Shown here: positions 53,527 to 63,447 of the stretch, piece after piece
Position numbering within the stretch: position 1 is the stretch's first letter
Layout of the letters: every line of letters begins with the position of its first letter
NCBI GenBank assembly: GCA_029856045.1
Contig: JAHQWG010000053.1
Span: forward strand, 10,021-74,020
Direction of reading: 5' to 3'
Source of the DNA: Promethearchaeia archaeon
GTDB taxonomy: Archaea; Asgardarchaeota; Lokiarchaeia; Sigyniarchaeales; SOKP01
Length of the DNA stretch: 64,000 nucleotides
Made by a program: the position numbers and the translations under genes
The notes under the pieces: generated by a model
Seen by the model: only the letters and a program-made list of their open reading frames with translations
Database searches by the model: none
What the model was told of the DNA's origin: nothing

Positions 53527-53637
53527 TATCAAAGAGACTTTGTTTCTGAAATCGAGGGTTATAAGTTAGATTTTGAAGTTTTCATGATAGCTGTTGAAGC
53601 ATTACCACTTGTTGGCCTTGAAATCCCCGAACCATAA
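53527..53637 (+). pseudogene. Start-less gene 3'-end remnant
   Basis: YQRDFVSEIEGYKLDFEVFMIAVEALPLVGLEIPEP*, protein-like composition; family not identified. Confidence 0.4.
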
Positions 53638-53775
53638 AAAACAAAAAAATAATATTTAAAGGAAATTATATTTCCATCTTTTTTTTTATCCTGAAGTGTT
53701 TTAATTCAGGTAGTTGAATTAGATTGATTAGATGTTAGAAAAAAGTTAATTACTAATCAGTACAACCATTATTCC

Positions 53776-53961
53776 TTAGCTTTTATGCATTTTCTGATTA
53801 ATTTCTTTAGGAATTACTCTCTTTGTAGCATCTGAAAAAACTAAGTTGTGATATTCTTTATCTATAAATTCTATGATTTTCTTTACTAATTCATTTTCAA
53901 ATTGTTTATTCAATATATGTTTAGCAATATATTGCTGAAAAAGATTTTCAAGAACACTCAT
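53776..53961 (-). CDS. Hypothetical short protein or fragment
   Basis: ORF only. Confidence 0.3.
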   Translation of the reverse strand: MSVLENLFQQYIAKHILNKQFENELVKKIIEFIDKEYHNLVFSDATKRVIPKEINQKMHKS

Positions 53962-54032
53962 TAAATATTCTTACATTGAATTTAATTTAATATTAATCAT
54001 TATATTCTAAAAATAATCTACTAAATTTACTC

Positions 54033-54108
54033 AATTATTTGCATTTTTCCTGAAATACTTTGAATTTATTTGGAAAATTTAGCGTTTATTTTGAGAATTC
54101 ACATCTTT
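54033..54108. repeat. 76-bp dispersed repeat, copy A (three ~20-bp units + TCACA)
   Basis: Ungapped match to 55597-55672 with 9 mismatches. Confidence 0.9.
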
Positions 54109-54204
54109 CCTAATAATCAAGTTCTTAGAACGCTTCATCATATTTCTCGACGAAGAAATTAAAAAACTTGAATAGGTATCCCACATATTATAAAACGGAT
54201 AACT

Positions 54205-54951
54205 ATGGAATTATGGAAATATTATGATGTGACGCACAAGGAGCACCTCGTGTGCAATCCTCTGAGCATCGAAAAATTAAACGAGCTTATCACCCTCTTG
54301 GCGTTAAAACCAGGTTCAAAAGTGTTAGAAATCGCAACCGGTAAAGGCGAATTTCTGATTCGGCTCGTTAAAAAGTACAATGTGTCCGCAATAGGCGTTG
54401 ATCTCTCTCCGTATCACCTCGATGATGCTAAAAGAAAAGCGAAAGAGCGTGTCCCGAATGCCGATTTAACACTAATTGAAATGGACGGCGCTAATTATAA
54501 GCCCGATATACCAGAGAGCTTCGACCTCACATGTTGTTTAGGTGCCAGTTGGATTTATAACGGGCATGAGGGCACGCTTAAATATTTGATGAGTCAAACC
54601 AAACGCAATGGGCTCGTCGTGGTGGGAGAACCGTTTTGGATCAGTAAGCCCCCAAAAGAGTATTTCGATCTTTCGGATATAAAATATGAGATGTTCAGCA
54701 AGCACGCTGGGAACGTGCAAATTGGAGATAGTCTTGGTCTAAAACTGCTTTACACTTTTGTGAGCACCCATGATGAGTGGGACAGATATCTTGGGCTACA
54801 ATGGTATGCAATGGACAAATATGCTCAAACACATCCAGAAGATCCCGACCTTCCCGAGCTCTTAGCCAAATTAAATAAAGAGAAAAACCTATATCTGAAG
54901 TGGGAGCGGGATGCGTTTGGGTGGGCGATTTACATATTTAGAAAAGCCTAA
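54205..54951 (+). CDS. Class I SAM-dependent methyltransferase
   Basis: VLEIATGKG, GVDLS, CCLGASW, VGEPFW; visibly GC-richer than its flanks. Confidence 0.9.
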   Translation: MELWKYYDVTHKEHLVCNPLSIEKLNELITLLALKPGSKVLEIATGKGEFLIRLVKKYNVSAIGVDLSPYHLDDAKRKAKERVPNADLTLIEMDGANYKPDIPESFDLTCCLGASWIYNGHEGTLKYLMSQTKRNGLVVVGEPFWISKPPKEYFDLSDIKYEMFSKHAGNVQIGDSLGLKLLYTFVSTHDEWDRYLGLQWYAMDKYAQTHPEDPDLPELLAKLNKEKNLYLKWERDAFGWAIYIFRKA

Positions 54952-55137
54952 ATAGTCTTATATAGAGGTTTTTAGTATTTTAGCAAGTCTTATTTTTTCT
55001 TTCTCGCATTTTTTCCATCAGCTGGGCGAGGTTTCTTGTAATTCATTGTATGACAGATTTAAGACGTATTCATACTGCCAGAATAACTCTATGGTTTTTT
55101 GGTCATGTTCAATCTGATTATTTCTATAATTAAAAAA

Positions 55138-55371
55138 TTATATATTGTAATAGGTACAACCGTAAAAGGTACTAGATCCTCCGTCAATATACATTTTATA
55201 CTTTGCATTATGATAATACTTAAGATCTTCTAAATGAGCAATTTTATTTGCCTCTTCTTCCTGAAAATTATATTCAATTAATTCTTTAATTTTGAAATAA
55301 AAATTATTTTGAGTTTTAACTGAAACTTGGGATTCTTCAAAATTTAGGATTTGTTCAATTAATTTTTGCAT
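55138..55371 (-). CDS. Hypothetical short protein or fragment
   Basis: ORF only. Confidence 0.3.
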   Translation of the reverse strand: MQKLIEQILNFEESQVSVKTQNNFYFKIKELIEYNFQEEEANKIAHLEDLKYYHNAKYKMYIDGGSSTFYGCTYYNI

Positions 55372-55508
55372 TTTATTTATAGATGGTTGTCTCTTTTTTA
55401 TCTTGATAATAGTTATCGATTTAAAAAAATAAATACTTCTTTACTCCTAATTTAAATTAATATAACTTAATTTTTCAAAATAATTCAAAAAAACTCACAA
55501 TTAAAGAA

Positions 55509-55560
55509 ATTTTACTTTATTTTTGAAAAATTTTATATTATTTTTGAAAACTCACAACAT
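55509..55560. repeat. Degenerate copy of the same repeat (two units + CTCACA)
   Basis: ATTTTACTTTATTTTTGAAAA / ATTTTATATTATTTTTGAAAA / CTCACA. Confidence 0.55.
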
Positions 55561-55596
55561 TATTGGAATGAGTAGTCAGTAAGAAAAAGTAGATTA

Positions 55597-55672
55597 AATT
55601 ATTTGCATTTTTTTTGAAAAATTTTGCATTTATTTGGAAAATTTAGCATTTATTTTGGAAATTCACAGCTTT
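55597..55672. repeat. 76-bp dispersed repeat, copy B; overlaps the msrB 3' end
   Basis: Units ATTTGCATTTTTTTTGAAAA / ATTTTGCATTTATTTGGAAA / ATTTAGCATTTATTTTGGAA, then ATTCACAGCTTT. Confidence 0.9.
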
Positions 55673-56056
55673 GGATTGAAAATCTAAGGAAATTGAATTA
55701 ATACAATATCGACAGCCCTTAGGGTTCGGTCCATCATCAAAAACATGTCCCAGATGCCCTCCACAATTACTACAGAGGACCTCAGTGCGGTTCATTCCAT
55801 AACTTGTATCTAATTTTTCTTCAAGATTAGCCTCATCATAAGGCTGTTTAAAGCTTGGCCACCCCGTTCCAGAATCAAATTTTTCTTCTGACAAGAATAA
55901 AGGCGCACCACAACCCGCACATTTATAAATACCCTTTCCATGATGGTTCCAATATTTTCCTGTGAATGCAGGCTCAGTCCCTTTCCCACGGAGAACGAGG
56001 TATTGTTCTTTTGTTAACTTCTCTTTCCATTTATCTTCAGATGATTTAGACACCAT
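55643..56056 (-). CDS. msrB: Peptide-methionine (R)-S-oxide reductase
   Basis: [43 protein letters not shown]. Confidence 0.97.
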   Translation of the reverse strand: MVSKSSEDKWKEKLTKEQYLVLRGKGTEPAFTGKYWNHHGKGIYKCAGCGAPLFLSEEKFDSGTGWPSFKQPYDEANLEEKLDTSYGMNRTEVLCSNCGGHLGHVFDDGPNPKGCRYCINSISLDFQSKAVNFQNKC

Positions 56057-56207
56057 ACAGTTAAGAAAAATTTATACTATTAAAATTATTACCTTATAGA
56101 CTTTAAAGGTCTTGGTGCTAATACCTTATAATAAAAATCTATAATTCATCACAAATTTATAAAAAATTAGGCTTAGGTTTAAATTTCAGAATTATTTAGT
56201 TAAAACC

Positions 56208-56687
56208 ATGGAAATTCACAGAGCTATTTTTGCAGCAGGTTGTTTCTGGGGTGTAGAGGCGAATTTTCGAAAAGTAGAGGGTGTCATATCTACTCGTGTG
56301 GGATATATCGGCGGTCAGTTTAGCAATCCTACATATAGGCAGGTATGTTCTCATAAAACTGGTCATGCGGAGGCTTTAGAAGTTATGTTTGATCCATCTA
56401 AAGTATCGTATAATGAGCTGTTAGATGTTTTTTGGGCAATTCATGACCCAACAACACTGAATCGTCAAGGACCTGATATTGGCACACAATATCGATCAGC
56501 GATTTTTTATCTTAATCCTGAACAAAAAGAAAAAGCGATGAGCTCAAAATCTAAGCTTGAAGCATCCAAACGCTTTAAAAATCCGATAGTTACAAAAATA
56601 GTACCCGCATCAGAATTCTGGGAAGCAGAAGAGTATCATCAGCAATATGTAGAAAAAAGTAATAACCAATATATGATGCATTTTTAG
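56208..56687 (+). CDS. msrA: Peptide-methionine (S)-S-oxide reductase
   Basis: GCFWG, TGHAE, HDPT...[19 protein letters not shown]. Confidence 0.97.
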   Translation: MEIHRAIFAAGCFWGVEANFRKVEGVISTRVGYIGGQFSNPTYRQVCSHKTGHAEALEVMFDPSKVSYNELLDVFWAIHDPTTLNRQGPDIGTQYRSAIFYLNPEQKEKAMSSKSKLEASKRFKNPIVTKIVPASEFWEAEEYHQQYVEKSNNQYMMHF

Positions 56688-56806
56688 CCATTTAGGTTGC
56701 TAGAGTAGACATCTGTTATAGCTGATTTTTTTTATTAAAAGCATAATATCATTTAAAACTTTGAAAAACTGAATATTATTAAGATTTGTTATAATCTATA
56801 ATATTT

Positions 56807-57781
56807 ATGAAACTCAAACATTATGACATATTTTATATAATTGGTTTAGCTCTTACTACCATTTTCATGATACTGGAATTGATTTTTCAATTTATTTCGT
56901 TGAATTTTACATTCTTAATTTTCTTTTGGACAATGAAACTTCTTTCTGGTTTTGGTTTGATAATAACCGTTGCAAATGGCATCTTATGGATTCTAAATCG
57001 ATTTACAGAGAAGTTCAGTAAAAAACATGTACAACTTCTGGTGATTTTTCAAGTAATAGTTCCAGGGATTTTAACTGGTTATGCTATTTATACTATTATT
57101 TCTTCTCTACCTCCTGTAACACCTTTAACAGGTCTAGACTATTGGGTTGATCTTCTTTTATTTCTCTATGGTATACTCTCTTTAATAATATCTTTATATA
57201 TTTTCCCTTTAATTAGAGAAGAATTTCAAGAAGCTGTTGAACAAGGACTTTTTACACGGATTAAAAGAGGCGGAAAAAAAGCTGGACGGAAGCTTAAAAA
57301 GAGATATTTTAACTGGAGAGGTAAATATGCGAAAGTTCAAATTCAAGATCAAATGTCCTTAGGAGAAGTATTAGAAATTTGGAGAAACCAATTTGCAGTG
57401 TATCTACTTATCCCTATTGCCATTGGATCACTCATTTTTACGCCAGTGGCTTTCATTTGTATTATCTTTTGGTTAAAAATATTTGTGTTTGATAAAGGTG
57501 AACCAAAGTTATATGAAAGAATTGCTTTAATTGCCTCTATGGTGTGGATTGCAGCAATAGTGTCACTGTCTTATGCCTTCGATCTCGTATTCTATACATC
57601 TATAAAACCATTGTTCTGGACTATTCAAATTTTCAACTTAGTTGGAATTCTTATCTCTAGTGCAATATTCATTTACCAATTTATAAAACTTAAAGGAATT
57701 ACCATTAAGAAAATTAGAGAAGAAATTAAAGACCGTAAAGCTGCTGATACTAAGGAAGCAGAAACATCGAACACAACGTAA
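56807..57781 (+). CDS. Multi-pass membrane protein
   Basis: About 7-8 hydrophobic segments with a basic central loop. Confidence 0.75.
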   Translation: MKLKHYDIFYIIGLALTTIFMILELIFQFISLNFTFLIFFWTMKLLSGFGLIITVANGILWILNRFTEKFSKKHVQLLVIFQVIVPGILTGYAIYTIISSLPPVTPLTGLDYWVDLLLFLYGILSLIISLYIFPLIREEFQEAVEQGLFTRIKRGGKKAGRKLKKRYFNWRGKYAKVQIQDQMSLGEVLEIWRNQFAVYLLIPIAIGSLIFTPVAFICIIFWLKIFVFDKGEPKLYERIALIASMVWIAAIVSLSYAFDLVFYTSIKPLFWTIQIFNLVGILISSAIFIYQFIKLKGITIKKIREEIKDRKAADTKEAETSNTT

Positions 57782-57922
57782 TTTTAATTTATCCTAATAT
57801 TTTTTTTTCCCATTCATTTATATTAGAAATATTATTTAGTCTTATCTGCCTTTAACTCCTTTTCTAACAATTTAATATCTCGGTCAATAATTATCGTTTT
57901 AATTTTTATACTATTTGTTAAG

Positions 57923-58429
57923 TTATAATTTTTTAATATTTATTTTGCTCAAGATATCATTAAGGTAAAAGATATTTTCTTGGCCAAGTTCTTCCTTTAA
58001 CGCATTTGCTAACGAATATCTAAACGCCCATACTTCCAAATGTTTATCCAATTCTTTTACTTTCTTCACCACAGGCACAAAATCGCCGTCCCCAGAGACC
58101 AACACCGCCGTATCATACGCATTTTCATACGCAAGAGAAATTATATCAATCGCGATCTTGATATCAACTTTCTTTTCAATGGCAGCATTAAACGTGATTT
58201 TATCAAAACTCGCTTTAATCACATACCCACTTCGATTGCTTAAATCCTCATACCACTTTTTTTTCTCTGGACTCATGGGATGCACAACACCTTCATATAA
58301 AAATATGCCCTGTAAATTTCGGCCGCGAGTTACGATGGTTTTCAGTTTTTCATAATCTGCTTTGATGTTATACTTCCTAAAGCCCTTGAAAATGTTGCTA
58401 TTATCTATAAAAATTATGATTCGGTCCAT
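57923..58429 (-). CDS. NYN-domain (LabA/DUF88) nuclease
   Basis: IFIDNSN, EKKVDIKIAID, LVSGDGDF. Confidence 0.92.
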   Translation of the reverse strand: MDRIIIFIDNSNIFKGFRKYNIKADYEKLKTIVTRGRNLQGIFLYEGVVHPMSPEKKKWYEDLSNRSGYVIKASFDKITFNAAIEKKVDIKIAIDIISLAYENAYDTAVLVSGDGDFVPVVKKVKELDKHLEVWAFRYSLANALKEELGQENIFYLNDILSKINIKKL

Positions 58430-58483
58430 TTCAAAAACCTTTTTTGCTTCCTTAAAGATACTGAAGTTCTCATTTTTTTTTAA

Positions 58484-59044
58484 TTATTTGAATCTTTTGT
58501 AAATATAAGCATTTAAATCTCTGCTTTCTATAACTTTTACCTTAAGACCTAATCCTTTTGTGAAATCTCGTGGATCAACCGCATCTGGATGAGACTTATA
58601 TCTTTTCCTTACTGAATTAATACCTGCTTCAGTTAATTCAATAATAACTAATCTGCCTTCAGATTTCATTACACGCAGTAATTCACTTAACGCACGCTCT
58701 TTATTATCTATATGATGGAATGTCGCATAGAGAAAAATAGCATCAAAAGAAGCATCCTCAAAGGGTAAATTTTCAGCATTAAACGGCTTGAAGGTAATCA
58801 TTTCCTCAACACTTACTTTTTTAGCAGATATCCTCCAATCTGCCCAATAAACCCCCTCAGGCTCACCAGTAATAACTTTATAACCATGAAGGGCAAGTGT
58901 AATTGCCATATGAGCCCGCCCTGTGCCAATATCTAACACCTTTGAATTTTTTGCTAATTCAAGTTTAACTACAACAGAACTCAAAAAATCAATAACTCTC
59001 CCAAATTCCTCTCCTAAAATTTCTTTTACTTGCCCTATATTCAT
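58484..59044 (-). CDS. Class I SAM-dependent methyltransferase (Methyltransf_11)
   Basis: VLDIGTGRA, AENLPFEDASFD, FHH, ELLRVMKSEG. Confidence 0.9.
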   Translation of the reverse strand: MNIGQVKEILGEEFGRVIDFLSSVVVKLELAKNSKVLDIGTGRAHMAITLALHGYKVITGEPEGVYWADWRISAKKVSVEEMITFKPFNAENLPFEDASFDAIFLYATFHHIDNKERALSELLRVMKSEGRLVIIELTEAGINSVRKRYKSHPDAVDPRDFTKGLGLKVKVIESRDLNAYIYKRFK

Positions 59045-59051
59045 ATATTTA

Positions 59052-59657
59052 TCAAAAATTATACAATTTTAAATCTAATTGAAGTTTATGTCCCTCTTTA
59101 AGAGCTTTTAGATTTATATCTAAATTTTCTCCTGAGAATTGCCGCTTTAAAGATTCCTCAAGATCTTCTTCTCTTAATGGCAAAAATCTTAAAATATAAC
59201 CCATTATAACTGTATTAGCTGCTTTTTGATTTTTAACAAGATTTTCCGCTATTTCTGTAGCCGGAACAAAGTAAATATTATCCGAATTTTCATGTAGAAC
59301 GCTTAATAGATATTTTTCTGAGGGATAATCTTCATTAATTATTTTTTTCTCGTCAGTAGATATAATTAATTTTGTGCTTTTATTTGGTTTTGCATATTTT
59401 AATACATCCAAAATACAGCTTTTCTCAGTAGCTATTATCATATCTGTTGAACCTATCATTGGTATTGGAGCACTTAACCTATTTCCGAAACGAAGGAAGC
59501 ATGTCACTCTACCACCTCGCTGACTGAGACCATGTGTTTCAGCAGTTATTACTTTATATCCATTAGTCATTAAAGCATTTCCTAAAATTTGTAACAAGCT
59601 TATTAAACCTTGACCCCCTAAACCAGTAATTACTATAGTATAACTATCGAAAGTCAT
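59052..59657 (-). CDS. iorB: Indolepyruvate:ferredoxin oxidoreductase beta subunit
   Basis: GLGGQG, ETHGLSQRGG.V, N.VIMG; 1-nt overlap with iorA. Confidence 0.92.
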   Translation of the reverse strand: MTFDSYTIVITGLGGQGLISLLQILGNALMTNGYKVITAETHGLSQRGGRVTCFLRFGNRLSAPIPMIGSTDMIIATEKSCILDVLKYAKPNKSTKLIISTDEKKIINEDYPSEKYLLSVLHENSDNIYFVPATEIAENLVKNQKAANTVIMGYILRFLPLREEDLEESLKRQFSGENLDINLKALKEGHKLQLDLKLYNF

Positions 59658-61609
59658 TATAACTCCTCCCTATTAATCGCATTATTTGGGCAAATTTCTT
59701 CACATATACCACAACCTAAGCATAGACTTGAATTAATGTAAGCAACATCATCTTTTTCATAAATCGCAGGACATAAAAATTGACTATAACATAGACCACA
59801 ATTATTACATAATTCCACATCAATATGTCTTACTCTTACCTTATGTCTTTTAATATATTCCTGGATACATTCATCCTTTACCACAATAACATGCAAATTT
59901 TGTTTTTCCAAAACATCAAGTCCCTTTTCATAAATGAGTTCCTTCAATCTAGCTGTATACTCCTTTTCATTTCCTTCATCATGCCTTATAACACTAACGT
60001 AAGCACCAGTACCTCGTAAAAACTCTTCTAAATTTATACCTTTCTTAAAATTTCCCTCTTTATAATAACGAGTATCGCTTCCTGGATGAGGTTGTTGTCC
60101 TGTCATTCCGATCCATCCATTATCTAATATTAGCACTAAAATTGGAGCCTTATTATAGATTCCATTTAAAAGCGCAGGTATTCCGGAATGAAAAAAAGTT
60201 CCATCTCCTATAATCGCAATGTTTAAACTTCCGTTTGTTTGAGCAACTCCTTGAGCTAAGGCTATACTTGATCCCATACAATACTTAACATTAGCAAAAG
60301 ATATAGGAGGGAACGCCAAAAGTGTATAACACCCTATATCTTGGTAAAAATAGATTTCCTTTCCTGTTTTTGATTTGATTTTTGTGATAGCTTTCTGTAG
60401 TGCATATCCAGTTGTTCTATGGGGACATCCTGGGCATAATATAGGTTTCCTCCCCAATATTTTATATTTCTTCCCTTCTATTTGGTTTAGATCTATTTTT
60501 GGTGCTATATGGGTTATTTTAATTAACGCAAGAGAAATTTTTGTAGGATTTAATTCTCCAACAAAAGGTAATAATGAAGTTTCTTTACTATATGAAAAAG
60601 GATCCTTCCCATAAATTTTTAAATTTAATCCGTTCTTTTGAGCAATCGCCATAACCTGCGTTTCAAGATAAGGATCATTTTCTTCTACAACAAATATTTG
60701 CTTGAATCTTTTAAGGAACGATGCAATTAATTTCTCAGGAAGTGGATTTATGAAGCCAATTTTAAGAATCGGTGCCTTTAATTCAAGGAAATCTAACGCT
60801 TCGCGAACATAACTGTATGATACACCACTGGTTATGATGCCTAACTCATATTCATTTTTCACATCCTCGTTTTCAATTCTATTCAATGAACTATTCTCTG
60901 ACATTTCCAATGCTTGATTCATCCTACTGTATATCTGATCTTCCTTTAACTCTAAAAAATAAAGCCTTGAAGCAACATTAACTTCCCTTGATAAATCAAA
61001 ATCGTCCGCAATCTCTGATCGCTTTATTTCCCCAATAACCACATTACTTCTGGCATGAGAAACCATCGTGACTGTTCTTAATACCACCGGAAGTTTCAGT
61101 TCTCTTGAAATTTTAAATGCCCTTTTTGTAAATTCTAAACATTCCTGAGGATTGCTCGGTTCTAATGCCGGTACTTTAAAAAGTTTTAAATAATTCCTTG
61201 AATCCATTTCCACAGCACTCGAATGCTGCTGAGGATCATCAGCAACAAAAATAACCAACGCGGAGTTAGAATTTTTTGGACGAGTTGTAGCAAGAGCCAA
61301 TAGTGGATCTGAAGCAACGTTTAATCCCACATTTTTCATGCCAACCATAACAGTGGCACCCCTCGCATATGCGGCACCGGCAACTTCTATAGCTACCTTC
61401 TCATTAATACTTGACTCCACCCATTTCATGCCTACATCCCTGAAAATTTCCAGAAAAATTTCTCCAACCTCAGAACTGGGTGTGCCCGGATAAAACGTGT
61501 AAACATCTAAACCACTTTCTAAACCACCACGAACTATCGCCTCGTTTCCTAAAAAGAACCTCTCTACTCCCGGATTGCCCTTAACTATTTTATTATAAAT
61601 CCTAGCCAT
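59657..61609 (-). CDS. iorA: Indolepyruvate:ferredoxin oxidoreductase alpha subunit
   Basis: LGNEAI.RG, YPGTPSSE, NEKVA, LCPGCPHR, DIGCY, GDGTFFHSG, C-terminal 2x[4Fe-4S]. Confidence 0.95.
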   Translation of the reverse strand: MARIYNKIVKGNPGVERFFLGNEAIVRGGLESGLDVYTFYPGTPSSEVGEIFLEIFRDVGMKWVESSINEKVAIEVAGAAYARGATVMVGMKNVGLNVASDPLLALATTRPKNSNSALVIFVADDPQQHSSAVEMDSRNYLKLFKVPALEPSNPQECLEFTKRAFKISRELKLPVVLRTVTMVSHARSNVVIGEIKRSEIADDFDLSREVNVASRLYFLELKEDQIYSRMNQALEMSENSSLNRIENEDVKNEYELGIITSGVSYSYVREALDFLELKAPILKIGFINPLPEKLIASFLKRFKQIFVVEENDPYLETQVMAIAQKNGLNLKIYGKDPFSYSKETSLLPFVGELNPTKISLALIKITHIAPKIDLNQIEGKKYKILGRKPILCPGCPHRTTGYALQKAITKIKSKTGKEIYFYQDIGCYTLLAFPPISFANVKYCMGSSIALAQGVAQTNGSLNIAIIGDGTFFHSGIPALLNGIYNKAPILVLILDNGWIGMTGQQPHPGSDTRYYKEGNFKKGINLEEFLRGTGAYVSVIRHDEGNEKEYTARLKELIYEKGLDVLEKQNLHVIVVKDECIQEYIKRHKVRVRHIDVELCNNCGLCYSQFLCPAIYEKDDVAYINSSLCLGCGICEEICPNNAINREEL

Positions 61610-61868
61610 ATTATTTTAAATTCCAACTCCCTTGAATATTTAATCCATACTTTAAAAAAAAATTCCCTATATTTAGATATTAAACCTTTTACTTCTTCTT
61701 TTGATATTTTAACTGTGGTAAATTTAATGCGTCCCTTAAATCATTAACAAACTTAATATATGTACGAGAACCGAAAAGCCGAAAAAAATTCCCGAATCAC
61801 CAACAATTTCACAAAATGAGACCTTACGAGTAAATGTTGTAGTGATCTAATTAAAATCAAGTAATTAA

Positions 61869-62009
61869 ATCAAATATGAATATGAAGGTAAAACATATCA
61901 TTTCTGCGATGCCTCCTGTGAGGCCGAGTTTATGGATAATATTCCAGAATTGGGTTCTGGTAAAGTTTTACGGCGTGAATTGTTCGATATAGATTTTAAA
62001 TTATTTTAA
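61869..62009 (+). pseudogene. Chimeric remnant: YHS-domain fragment joined to an acyl-CoA ligase C-terminus
   Basis: IKYEYEGKTYHFCDASCEAEFMDN/IPELGSGKVLRRELFDIDFKLF*; in-frame TAA upstream, no start before the YHS part. Confidence 0.6.
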
Positions 62010-62027
62010 ATTTTTTCATAATACAAC

Positions 62028-63155
62028 TCATTTTTTAGTTAATATTCTATTTCTTTTTGAAAGTATATAACCAATAGGATTAAATATAAGCGTATTAGAT
62101 AATCTTAAGAGAAATTGGACGATAGGAGCTGAATATATTTGAAATGGTGAAGGATCATGAGTATGATCTAAAACCCATCGAAATTTAGGTGTCCAGTTAG
62201 GTTTTATAGAATATTTTTTCATCAACTGTCTCAATTTTTGTGATAATGGAAATGCGAATTTATCCAAGGAATATTTTTGCTTAATACCCCATTTTTCATA
62301 TAATTCTTTATTAATATTTGCGTGGATTAGTTTTCTCGAAGGAAAACCTAATACTTCAGAACAATACAAATCTAATTCAAATGGATTATCAGCAATAAAT
62401 AATCGATTTAGAGGTATTGGAAAAGAGAGATGAGGTCCTAATCCTATTCCAACTTTAGATCCCCCTATTATAGATAAATTAGGTCTCATATTGCGTCCAG
62501 CAGCTGCAATAACTTCATCTAAATGTCCATGAATATGGTATATTCCTTTATACCATTCTGATAAGGCTCCAAACATATTTTTTTCTGTCAAACTTACACC
62601 AGTTTCCCAATGATTTTTTAAAGGACATACAGAAATAATGAAATTATTGGGTTCTAACATAATTTTTGGAATACTTATAGAATGCGGAACTCCAAAAGCA
62701 AAAAAGTGCACCTTTTCGACAGAAGATAGATTTATGAATTTACAAGATTTTAGAATCTCTTTATATCCTCTTTTCCTAAGAAGTTTTTCTCTGATAATTC
62801 GAGAAATCATATCTGCTTCGCATAGATAAATGTCTATTCCCGTATCACCAAAATAATCAATGAGTGATTTTATTATTCCTGATTCAGTATATGTTGAGGT
62901 ATTTCCAGTTACTCCCCCTCCCATATTAATTTTAATTAGAATTTTTGAAATTGTGGGCAACTTTTTATTAAAAGGAAATTTGGATAAAACCTCGGAAGGA
63001 TTATCATAAAAATATTTTATGGACCTTATGAATATCTTATCTATTTTATCTATATCATAATCTCGAGGGCTTATCTCTTTTCCAAATAACTTGCCCGATT
63101 TTGAATACACTTTATAATAAGGCGTATCAATAATAACTTTATCATTCATTAACAT
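62028..63155 (-). CDS. DUF362-domain protein
   Basis: ILIKIN, CPLKNHWETGVSLTEKNMFG, G.GP. Confidence 0.75.
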   Translation of the reverse strand: MLMNDKVIIDTPYYKVYSKSGKLFGKEISPRDYDIDKIDKIFIRSIKYFYDNPSEVLSKFPFNKKLPTISKILIKINMGGGVTGNTSTYTESGIIKSLIDYFGDTGIDIYLCEADMISRIIREKLLRKRGYKEILKSCKFINLSSVEKVHFFAFGVPHSISIPKIMLEPNNFIISVCPLKNHWETGVSLTEKNMFGALSEWYKGIYHIHGHLDEVIAAAGRNMRPNLSIIGGSKVGIGLGPHLSFPIPLNRLFIADNPFELDLYCSEVLGFPSRKLIHANINKELYEKWGIKQKYSLDKFAFPLSQKLRQLMKKYSIKPNWTPKFRWVLDHTHDPSPFQIYSAPIVQFLLRLSNTLIFNPIGYILSKRNRILTKK

Positions 63156-63447
63156 GTGTTTTCATAATCTAGTTAATACTATTCAAAATGAAAATAATAG
63201 AATAAATATTTTTTATTATATGATTTTTCCTTTAGTGAAAATTTACCTATTTCCAAACATTCTACTCTATTCACTTTCAATTCTTCTAAAGAAATTCGTT
63301 ATTTTTAATTGTCTATTCCCCTTTTGGGATAATCTATCGAAATTATAATGGTCTAGAACAATTTTAACTCCTTATCTCTCTATAGAATATAATTAATAAA
63401 AAGGATTAGGAATAAAATAGAGGAAAAAAAAAAAGATAGAATCGACT

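Noticed and set aside
42878-53637. TAA recoding or readthrough suggested by in-frame continuations at 42878 and 53524
   Set aside because: Most well-conserved genes here end correctly at TAA. A point mutation and a chance in-frame scar explain the two cases.
54033-55672. CRISPR array interpretation of the 20-bp repeats
   Set aside because: The units are contiguous and degenerate with no unique spacers, and there are no cas genes.
55643-56687. Selenocysteine in MsrA/MsrB or elsewhere (Lokiarchaeia encode selenoproteins)
   Set aside because: The catalytic residues are Cys codons (GCFWG, RYCINS). I found no in-frame TGA at a conserved Cys position in the window.
61755-61830. Possible IS end (...AATTTCACAAAATGAGACC)
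   Set aside because: There is no partner inverted repeat or recognisable transposase, so it cannot be supported.
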